From: a bacterium
GTDB taxonomy: Bacteria; Patescibacteriota; Patescibacteriia; UBA9934; GWF2-40-263
Assembly: GCA_021789915.1 (NCBI GenBank)
Contig: JAJYIV010000002.1
Span: 613 to 64,612, forward strand
DNA length: 64,000 nt
Direction of reading: 5' to 3'
The notes beneath the pieces are model-generated. The model was not told where the DNA came from, made no database searches, and saw nothing but the letters and a program-made list of their open reading frames with translations. The position numbers were made by a program, and so were the translations under genes. Of the stretch, positions 9,554 to 16,333 are shown piece after piece. Within the stretch, counting starts at the first letter, position 1. Each line of letters opens with the position of its first letter.

Positions 9554-9659
9554 TTTTGCAACGGTCTCTGATCGAACGCTTGACGCGGCGCTTGACGCTC
9601 CCTTCCCTCCCGTTCAACGTCCTTTATAATGAAGGGATACTCAATCATCCTTTCATCCT

Positions 9660-9797
9660 ATGAACGATTTCGGGACGTGCGAAAACTGCGGTGCGGAAGA
9701 TCAGGAGCTTGACGAGAACGGCCTGTGTCCGGACTGCAGCGCGCAGGGACACACGGAGCGCGGCCCCGACATGGGCGACGAAGAAGAGAGCGCCTAG
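9660..9797 (+). CDS. Candidate 45-aa zinc-ribbon microprotein (below the ORF-track cutoff)
   Basis: MNDFGTCENCGAEDQELDENGLCPDCSAQGHTERGPDMGDEEESA. CxxC-14-CxxC pattern, high GC3, TATAAT at 9625-9630. No SD sequence. Confidence 0.4.
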   Translation: MNDFGTCENCGAEDQELDENGLCPDCSAQGHTERGPDMGDEEESA

Positions 9798-10885
9798 CGT
9801 CCGGCCAGGGCGCGCACGCGTTCCGCCAGGCGTTCCGCGGCGCCTCCCGGGAACAGCGCCCCGATCCGTTCGGACAGGCGGCGCTGTTTTTCTTTGTCTC
9901 CGACAAGCGCCGCGACCTGCGCGACGAGCGCGGTCCCGCCGCGCGCCTGCTCCACGGCCACCGCCGCCCCGCGGCGCAGGACGGCGCGCGCGTTTTCCTC
10001 CTGCGGCGAGCGCGGCAGCGGCACGAGCACGCACGGCTTGCGCAGCGCCGAGAGCTCCGCAAGCGTGCCCATGCCGGCGCGCGCGACCACGACGTCGGCA
10101 GCCGCCAAGGCGTCGGCCAAATCGCGGCCAAGGAGCAGCTCCACGGCGGCGTAGCCGGGCCCGGCCGCGCGCAGGCCCTCGGTGACTTTCCCGCGGCCCG
10201 TCACGTGGATGACGTCGGCGACGGCGCGCATGCGCTCCATCCCCGCCTCAAACGCCCGGTTGATCCACGCCGATCCGCCCCCGCCGCCCAGCACGAGCGC
10301 CACCGGACGCGCGCCGGAAAAGCCGTAGCGCGCGCGGGCGGCCGACGCATCGCCGCGCAGGATCGACGGCCGCACGGGCTGGCCGACGACGAGCGTTTTG
10401 TCCTTCGGGAACGCCGCGGCCGTCTCGGGCCACGCGACGGTGATGAGCGACGCGGCGCCCGCACACAGGCGGTTGGACAAGACCGGCCGCACGTCGGGCT
10501 GATGGATCCACGACGGAATCTTGAACCGGCGAGCCAGCAGGACGAACGGCACGCCGGTGAAGCCGCCGGCCGAGGCGACGACGTCCGGCCGTTCGCGGCG
10601 GAGCAGGCGCCACGCGGCGAACAGCGCCGCGGCGGCTTTGAACGGGAACACCAGCCACTCGGCGGACGCGTAGCGCGTCAGGCGCGCCACGGGCACGGCG
10701 TGGAACGGAATGCCCGCCTGCTCCACCAGCGCGCGCTCCGGCCCGCGCGCCGTTCCCGCCCACGCGAACGACGCGTCCGGATCGGACGCGCCATGCCTGT
10801 CGGCAGGCAGGCGCAACGCTTCGGCGACGGCGAGCAGCGGCGTGACGGGACCAAGCGTTCCTCCGCCGGCAAAGAGGATTTTCAT
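9794..10885 (-). CDS. murG: UDP-N-acetylglucosamine--N-acetylmuramyl-(pentapeptide) pyrophosphoryl-undecaprenol GlcNAc transferase
   Basis: Start MKILFAGGGTLGPV, the typical MurG N-terminus. dcw context. Confidence 0.9.
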   Translation of the reverse strand: MKILFAGGGTLGPVTPLLAVAEALRLPADRHGASDPDASFAWAGTARGPERALVEQAGIPFHAVPVARLTRYASAEWLVFPFKAAAALFAAWRLLRRERPDVVASAGGFTGVPFVLLARRFKIPSWIHQPDVRPVLSNRLCAGAASLITVAWPETAAAFPKDKTLVVGQPVRPSILRGDASAARARYGFSGARPVALVLGGGGGSAWINRAFEAGMERMRAVADVIHVTGRGKVTEGLRAAGPGYAAVELLLGRDLADALAAADVVVARAGMGTLAELSALRKPCVLVPLPRSPQEENARAVLRRGAAVAVEQARGGTALVAQVAALVGDKEKQRRLSERIGALFPGGAAERLAERVRALAGR

Positions 10886-10892
10886 AGCGGTA

Positions 10893-10917
10893 AGCCAACA
10901 GCCGTCAGCCGTCAGGG
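10893..10917. repeat. Heptamer array (GCCGTCA units)
   Basis: AGCCAACAGCCGTCAGCCGTCAGGG. Inverted relative to the array at 11322-11353. Confidence 0.85.
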
Positions 10918-11280
10918 ATTGGCCTTCGGCCTCGAAGAACACAAGACGTTCAACATACGCAAAACTTCATGCAAGAGACAGTCGGCTCGATCGTAATCGA
11001 GTGAACCGGTTCTCGGAAGCCGCCGAGCGATCGAGAGTTGCGTCTGAAGCTCGGCCGCCGAACCGTAAGCGATCGAGAGGAACCTGGCAAACTCATTGTC
11101 GTAGCCGCGCATCTTCCCTTCCGCGATATTCGATGGAATGGAAACCGCTGCTCGTCTCATTTGGCTTGTTAAACCGAATCGTTCGTCCGTCGGGAAAGAG
11201 TCGGTCAAGAGGTAAATCTCAAGGGAAAGATCCATGGCTTTTTGCCAGACAATGAGATCTTCGTATGGTCCTGTCGACAT
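10912..11280 (-). CDS. Four-helix-bundle protein (23S rRNA intervening-sequence protein family)
   Basis: YEDLIVWQKAMDL...IPSNIAEG...FLSIAYGSAAELQTQL is the family signature. The start could also be at 11292. Confidence 0.8.
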   Translation of the reverse strand: MSTGPYEDLIVWQKAMDLSLEIYLLTDSFPTDERFGLTSQMRRAAVSIPSNIAEGKMRGYDNEFARFLSIAYGSAAELQTQLSIARRLPRTGSLDYDRADCLLHEVLRMLNVLCSSRPKANP

Positions 11281-11321
11281 ATTGGTTCGCATGGTTGGCG
11301 TCAAATACGCGAGACGCTCGT

Positions 11322-11353
11322 GCCTGATGGCTGATGGCTGACGGCTGACGGCC
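11322..11353. repeat. Heptamer array (GCTGAYG units)
   Basis: GCCTGATGGCTGATGGCTGACGGCTGACGGCC. TGA recurs every 7 nt. Confidence 0.9.
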
Positions 11354-11360
11354 CGCCCCA

Positions 11361-12479
11361 TCACGCTATCTTCCGATGCTTCGAAATGTTCAGCACGACG
11401 CCGATCGCCGAGAGCAGCACCGCCAGCGACGTGCCGCCGTAGGAGACGAACGGCAGCGTAATGCCCGTCATCGGCATGATGGCGAGCATGGAACCGACGT
11501 TCACGAAGGCCTGCACGATGATCCACGCGGCGATGCCGACCACAACGTATTTCGAAAACGCGTCCGGCGCGCGCTTCGCCACCGTCAGCAGGCGCTGGAA
11601 CAGCAGGAGGAACAGGCCGATCAGGACCGCGCAGCCGATCAGGCCGAGCTCCTCGCCGATGACGGCGAAGATCGAGTCGCTGACGGCTTCCGGCAGGTAC
11701 TGGAATTTCTGGCGCGAATGGCCGTAGCCGAGCCCGAAGACGCCTCCGGAACCGATGGCCAAGAGCGCCTGGTTGACGTGATAGCCGATGCCCTGCGGAT
11801 CGAGCTGCGGGTTCAGGAACGTCATCAGGCGCGCGGCGCGGTACGGCGCGATCTTTATGAGCAGCGCCAGGCCGGAGGCGCCGGAAACCACCAGCCCCGC
11901 GATATACGGCAGCGGCGCGCCGGCGACGAAATACACCGCCAGGGCCTGCACGACGACGACGGACATCGTCCCGATGGCCGGTTGCGCGATCAGCAGGAGA
12001 AGGACGGCGCCGAGCGCGACGAGGAAGGGGACGAGGCCCGTGGAAAAACGGCGCATGCCGTCGGCGCCGCGGCGCTCGAGCCAGGCGGCGAGATAAAACA
12101 GAAAGGTCAGCTTGACGATTTCCGACGGCTGGAAGGAAAACCACGGACCGATGGAAATCCAGCTGTGCGCGCCGTTGATGTTGCCGGAGGAAATACCCGG
12201 GACGAAGACGAGCACGAGGAGTCCGAGCGAAGCCGCGAAGATCTTCATGGCGTGCCGGCGCCAGAACGTGTACGGCACGCGGCTGCACGCATACAGGCCG
12301 ATCAGCCCCGGCAGCAGGCCGAACACGAACTGGTGCTTGACGTAATAGGACGCGTCGCCGAACTGGTCGAGCCCCATGCCCGTGCCCGCCGACGCGAGCA
12401 TCAGCAATCCGAAAAGAAGGAGCGCCGCGACCAGGGCGAGCAGGACATAATCGACGCGATGAGGATCTTTCAGCGGCAT
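11361..12479 (-). CDS. ftsW: Peptidoglycan glycosyltransferase FtsW (SEDS family)
   Basis: Multi-TM SEDS-like sequence between mraY and murG. Start set at MPLKDPHRVDY because the upstream 19 codons are encoded by a heptamer array. Confidence 0.85.
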   Translation of the reverse strand: MPLKDPHRVDYVLLALVAALLLFGLLMLASAGTGMGLDQFGDASYYVKHQFVFGLLPGLIGLYACSRVPYTFWRRHAMKIFAASLGLLVLVFVPGISSGNINGAHSWISIGPWFSFQPSEIVKLTFLFYLAAWLERRGADGMRRFSTGLVPFLVALGAVLLLLIAQPAIGTMSVVVVQALAVYFVAGAPLPYIAGLVVSGASGLALLIKIAPYRAARLMTFLNPQLDPQGIGYHVNQALLAIGSGGVFGLGYGHSRQKFQYLPEAVSDSIFAVIGEELGLIGCAVLIGLFLLLFQRLLTVAKRAPDAFSKYVVVGIAAWIIVQAFVNVGSMLAIMPMTGITLPFVSYGGTSLAVLLSAIGVVLNISKHRKIA

Positions 12480-12510
12480 GAGAACGGAAAGATGCTGAAC
12501 AGGCTCTTGG

Positions 12511-12534
12511 GCGTTGGCTAATGGCGAACGGCTC
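12511..12534. repeat. Degenerate heptamer array
   Basis: GCGTTGGCTAATGGCGAACGGCTC, between the mraY stop and the ftsW start. Confidence 0.6.
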
Positions 12535-12543
12535 ATGACTTTT

Positions 12544-13602
12544 TCAAATCAGCGCGTCCAGCAGGGCAAGGGCGACGCCCAGCGCCGCGGCGACATACGC
12601 GACGACCCACAGGCGCATGACGATTTGCGGCTCCGGCCAGCCGCGCGCTTCCAAATGATGGTGGAACGGCGCGGACAGGAAGAGCTTGCGCTTGAACAGG
12701 CGCCGCCAGGCAAGCTGGAGCAGCACGGACAGCGATTCCAGCACGAACACGAATCCGATCACCGGCAACAGCAGGGCGGCGTTCGTCAGCATGGCGATGA
12801 CGCCCAGCGTGATGCCGAGCGACATGGATCCCGTATCGCCCATGAAGAAACGCGCCGGGTGGATGTTGAACCACAGGAAGGCGAGCAGGCCGCCGATGAC
12901 GGCGGCGCAGAAGACGGCCAAATCGTATTTGCCCTGCGCGAACGCGATCAAGGCGTAGGCGGCATAGGCGGGAAACAGGACGCCGCCGGCCAGGCCGTCC
13001 AGGCCGTCCGTCTCATTGACGGAGAAGGCCGTCGCGATGAGGACGGCCATGAAGACCGGCACGTACCACCAGCCGATGTCGAAGGTGCCGAAGAACGGCA
13101 CGTGCAGGATGCGCCAATCGAGCTTGACCGTGAACCACCAGGCGCCGACGGCGGCGATGGCCGCGTAAATGAGCAGGCGGTGGCGGGCGCGCAATCCGCC
13201 GCCATGCGCGCCGATGCGGCGGATGTTGAAATAATCGTCCACCAGGCCGACCAGCGCCGAGGCGACGAGGGCGCCGAGCGGCAGCAGCGTCTGCGCGCGC
13301 GTCAGGAAAGACAGCCGCGCGAACGCCGAATCCGGCAGCAGCCAGCCGAGCAGCGCGCACAGGAGGATCACGGCGAGCACCGTTCCCCACACGAGCAGCC
13401 CGCCCATGGTGGGCGTGCCCGCCTTCCTGGCATGCAGCCTGGCATAGACCGGCGTCTCTTCCGCCAGACGGATCGATTTGCCCATCTTGTGCGATTCCAG
13501 CCAATGCAGCAGCGCCGGCGCCCACAGGAACGCCAGCAGGAACGTAAGCGAGGCGATGACCAGAAGGCGGATCAGCTGGAAAGACGCGAGAGGGAGAGTC
13601 AT
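12544..13602 (-). CDS. mraY: Phospho-N-acetylmuramoyl-pentapeptide transferase
   Basis: 352 aa. Conserved MraY motifs NxxNxTDGLDGL and HHHxE (APFHHHLE). Confidence 0.95.
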   Translation of the reverse strand: MTLPLASFQLIRLLVIASLTFLLAFLWAPALLHWLESHKMGKSIRLAEETPVYARLHARKAGTPTMGGLLVWGTVLAVILLCALLGWLLPDSAFARLSFLTRAQTLLPLGALVASALVGLVDDYFNIRRIGAHGGGLRARHRLLIYAAIAAVGAWWFTVKLDWRILHVPFFGTFDIGWWYVPVFMAVLIATAFSVNETDGLDGLAGGVLFPAYAAYALIAFAQGKYDLAVFCAAVIGGLLAFLWFNIHPARFFMGDTGSMSLGITLGVIAMLTNAALLLPVIGFVFVLESLSVLLQLAWRRLFKRKLFLSAPFHHHLEARGWPEPQIVMRLWVVAYVAAALGVALALLDALI

Positions 13603-13609
13603 ACACGCT

Positions 13610-13722
13610 GAGACCCCTGAAAAACCGATGGGTGTTCGTTGTCCGCCGGAGGCGGATCCGGCTCTGCCGGAAATGGACTGCGGAACCCGCGAGACGAACA
13701 GGCGCGATTTTGCAGAGGTCTC
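13610..13722. ncRNA. Candidate structured RNA or MITE-like nested-hairpin element, copy X
   Basis: It fills the whole gap between two minus-strand genes. Closing stem GAGACCCCTG/CAGAGGTCTC. Homologous to 24253-24411 with compensatory changes. Confidence 0.35.
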
Positions 13723-14116
13723 ACAGGTTAAGCAGCACCATGAAGGTGGACGCGATGAGCAAGACGGTTTCGACGAACACGGTCAGGCCGAGAAAAAACA
13801 AGGCGATGAGGCGCTCGCGGCGGAAGGCCCAGGCGCCCACGGCGACATTCACCGCAAGGACGGCCAAGCCGAAGGCGGCCGGCGTGAAGAGCCGCCACCA
13901 CGGCCCGAACTGGTCCACGCCGAAATAAACCGTGCCGTGCAGCGGCACGTACATGCCCGGCGTCGCGCGCGGAAAGACTTTCCAAAACGGCAGGAAGGCC
14001 GTGAGCGCGACAAGCAGGAGAGAGACGGCGGTCAACCACCGGTAGGCGCGCGAACGGGCGAACAGATCGCGGAGAGAGGCGGCAGCGGCCCCCGACGCGT
14101 GACGGAGCGCGCGCAT
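13721..14116 (-). CDS. Hypothetical membrane protein
   Basis: 131 aa with 4 hydrophobic segments. Packed 1 nt after the nifU-like stop. Confidence 0.5.
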   Translation of the reverse strand: MRALRHASGAAAASLRDLFARSRAYRWLTAVSLLLVALTAFLPFWKVFPRATPGMYVPLHGTVYFGVDQFGPWWRLFTPAAFGLAVLAVNVAVGAWAFRRERLIALFFLGLTVFVETVLLIASTFMVLLNL

Positions 14117-14117
14117 A

Positions 14118-14402
14118 CTACTCGGCCGCAGGGATTTTTCGCCCGGCAGGGCCCGGGATGCCGACGTCTTCCGCCGTGGCCGACGCCGTCACTTCCTTCA
14201 CCCACGGCAACGCTTCCTGCAGCGCCATCTCAACGCCCATCCTGAGCGTGATCGCCGACATCGGGCAGCCGTGGCAAGCGCCCTGCAGGCGGACGCGCAC
14301 GACGCCCGTGGATTCGTCGAAATCGACCAGTTCGATGTCGCCGCCGTCCATGCGGAGCGCCGGCCGCACCCGTTTCAAGATTTCCTCGATTCGTTCGCGC
14401 AT
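14118..14402 (-). CDS. NifU-like Fe-S cluster assembly domain protein
   Basis: Start MRERIEEIL. Motifs RPALRMDGGDIELV and GACHGCPMS. Confidence 0.8.
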   Translation of the reverse strand: MRERIEEILKRVRPALRMDGGDIELVDFDESTGVVRVRLQGACHGCPMSAITLRMGVEMALQEALPWVKEVTASATAEDVGIPGPAGRKIPAAE

Positions 14403-14444
14403 AGGCGTGCAGAGTATAGCCCGAGGCGGGTCTTTGGCGCAATC

Positions 14445-14481
14445 AAAACGCCCCGTCTGCATGCAGGCGGGGCGCGTTTTT
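14445..14481 (-). terminator. Terminator after rpmA
   Basis: CGCCCCGTCTGC-AT-GCAGGCGGGGCG, flanked by A and T runs. Confidence 0.7.
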
Positions 14482-14482
14482 C

Positions 14483-14761
14483 TTACTTCGTTTCGACGCG
14501 GGCGAAGGTGCGCGTCTGCAGCTTGCCGGCGAAATTCGGCATGCGCTTCTTGGCGAACTTCACGATGCCGTCGACGGCCGCATACAGCGTGTCGTCGCCG
14601 CCTTGGCGCATGTTGGCGCCGGGATGGATCTTGGTGCCGCGCTGGCGCACCACGATCTGGCCGGCCTTGGTGACCTGTCCGTCGGCAATCTTCACGCCCA
14701 GGCGCTGACCATGGGAATCGCGGCCAAGGGTTGTGGAACCTGTCGCTTTTTTGTGAGCCAT
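14483..14761 (-). CDS. rpmA: 50S ribosomal protein L27
   Basis: [24 protein letters not shown]... is the canonical L27 sequence. Confidence 0.96.
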   Translation of the reverse strand: MAHKKATGSTTLGRDSHGQRLGVKIADGQVTKAGQIVVRQRGTKIHPGANMRQGGDDTLYAAVDGIVKFAKKRMPNFAGKLQTRTFARVETK

Positions 14762-14769
14762 AAAGGAAA

Positions 14770-14800
14770 GCTTTTAGCCATTAGCCTTTAGCCATGAGCC
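14770..14800. repeat. Heptamer array (TTAGCCA units)
   Basis: GCTTTTAGCCATTAGCCTTTAGCCATGAGCC. TAG at offsets 6, 13 and 20 on plus; TAA at 11, 18 and 25 on minus. Confidence 0.9.
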
Positions 14801-14885
14801 GGAAAAACCGACAGACTGGCAAGCGAATGCGGGCAGTGTAGAGGAAGGACGGCCGGACGTCAAGGCACAACCTTAGAGCACAACC

Positions 14886-16211
14886 TTAGAGCCTGTTCAT
14901 CCGGCAGACGAAGCTCTTCAAATACGCCGCCTCGGGGAAATACACGGACAACGGATGATCCGGGCTCTGACGCACGACCTCGAGCACCTGCAGGTCGACG
15001 CCCGCCTGCACCGACGCGCGGCGCAGCAGGAAGACCAAGTCCTCCTCCGGCAGGAAATGCGAACAGCTGGACGTGATGAAGATGCCGCCGTCCTTCACGA
15101 GCTTGAGCGCGGCGCGGTTCAGGAAATGATAGGCCTTCTTCCCTTCCTCGGCGTCCTTCATCGACTTGATGAGCGCCGGCGGATCCATAACGACGACGTC
15201 GAAAGCGCCGGCAACCCCCTCAGACTCCCCCTTGGCAAGGGGGAGATGGTGCGGGTTGGCGAGCCACTGGAAGACGTCCGCTTTCTCCGTCGCGCAGACC
15301 TCGTCGGACAAGCCGGCCGCCGCCGCCTGCGCGCGCAGCGATGCCAGCGCTTCCTCGGATCCGTCGACGTTCAGGACGGATTTCGCCCCGCCGGCGAAAG
15401 CGGCGAAGGACGTGGCACCGGTGTATGAAAAGAGATTCAGAACCGTCTTCCCTTGCGCGAGCGCGGCGACCCGGTCGCGCAGGTCCTTCTGGTCGAGGAA
15501 GAATCCCGTCTTTTGTCCGTGAAGAGGATCGGCGACGCAACGCCGGCCGTGCTCGAGAAATTCGACTTGACCCAATGCGCGTCCTCCCCTTTCCAAGGGG
15601 AGGCTGCCTGCTGGCCGCTTTTCAGCAGGCGGAGGTGTTGCCGGCGTGTGAATTCTGACGACCGCCTCCAGGTTCTCCTCGCGCCGGCTCGGCATGTCGC
15701 TGCGCTCGACGATCGCGCGCGGCTTGAACGTCTCTTCCAGCGCGGCGACGACGTCGTCACGCAGCGCGTCGAGACCGGCGGTTGCGATCTGGCATACGAG
15801 CACGTCGCCGTAGCGGTCGACGACCAAGCCCGGAATCCCGTCGGACTCGCCGAACACGCAGCGGTAGCCGGTCGTGAACTTCTCCCCCTTTTCAAGGGGG
15901 AGACTCTGCTCCAGAGGGGGTCGAGGGCCGTATCCCATCAAAACCCGTTTCTGGTGCGCATCCGCGATCTTGGCCGCCAGCCAGGCGCGGTCGATGACGG
16001 CCTCTTTGAACGCAAACACGCGCACGGCGATGGACGAGCTGGCGGAGTACGTCCCCGTGCCGATGATGCGCCCCTGGCGGTCCGCGACGTGCACGAGGGC
16101 GCCATGCTCGGGTTTCTTCTGACCGTCGGCCAGCGCGCGCGAAAAAATCCACGGATGGCGGAAGCCGACATTGGCCTCCTTCCCTTCTTTGAGCTTCAGG
16201 ACGGGGTACAT
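14886..16211 (-). CDS. Class I SAM-dependent rRNA methyltransferase (RlmI/RlmK-like, PUA plus MTase)
   Basis: Start MYPVLKLKEGKE..FRHPWIF. VLNLFSYTG and VVMDPP motifs. The long 706-aa ORF prefix is R-rich shadow sequence. Confidence 0.75.
   Translation of the reverse strand: MYPVLKLKEGKEANVGFRHPWIFSRALADGQKKPEHGALVHVADRQGRIIGTGTYSASSSIAVRVFAFKEAVIDRAWLAAKIADAHQKRVLMGYGPRPPLEQSLPLEKGEKFTTGYRCVFGESDGIPGLVVDRYGDVLVCQIATAGLDALRDDVVAALEETFKPRAIVERSDMPSRREENLEAVVRIHTPATPPPAEKRPAGSLPLERGGRALGQVEFLEHGRRCVADPLHGQKTGFFLDQKDLRDRVAALAQGKTVLNLFSYTGATSFAAFAGGAKSVLNVDGSEEALASLRAQAAAAGLSDEVCATEKADVFQWLANPHHLPLAKGESEGVAGAFDVVVMDPPALIKSMKDAEEGKKAYHFLNRAALKLVKDGGIFITSSCSHFLPEEDLVFLLRRASVQAGVDLQVLEVVRQSPDHPLSVYFPEAAYLKSFVCRMNRL
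15225..15245. repeat. GC-rich hairpin repeat, in-frame within a CDS
   Basis: CTCCCCCTTGGCAAGGGGGAG, translated as PLAKGE. Confidence 0.85.
15583..15636. repeat. GC-rich double-hairpin repeat, in-frame within a CDS
   Basis: CCTCCCCTTTCCAAGGGGAGGCTGCCTGCTGGCCGCTTTTCAGCAGGCGGAGG. About 50/55 identical to 63803-63857. Confidence 0.9.
15881..15925. repeat. GC-rich hairpin repeat, in-frame within a CDS
   Basis: TCTCCCCCTTTTCAAGGGGGAGA.., translated as SLPLEKGEKF. Confidence 0.85.
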
Positions 16212-16333
16212 AGGAAATTCGTGAAGATAGATGCGCGAGAAGAAAGCGAGTATGACAGAACGCCGCCGTCTTGTCGAGGAGAAGGCCGCGCCAAGAAAAA
16301 GCCCTCGTCCAGCGCTGGACGAGGGAGAGTCTT

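Noticed and set aside
11361-12536. Long ftsW start at 12536 (MSRSPLANAQ...)
   Set aside because: The first ~19 codons are encoded by a heptamer array and an AGAGCCTGT motif, both of which are otherwise intergenic. The internal start at 12479 (MPLKDP) is preferred.
13610-13722. Hammerhead ribozyme in nested-hairpin elements X and Y
   Set aside because: Y contains CUGAUGG and GAAAC, but the hammerhead core needs CUGANGA. X has CCGAUGG, so the conserved core is not maintained.
14866-14891. 13-bp perfect tandem duplication CACAACCTTAGAG x2 across the RlmI-like stop codon
   Set aside because: The duplication is real, but it is a single small slippage-type event with no further evidence of function.
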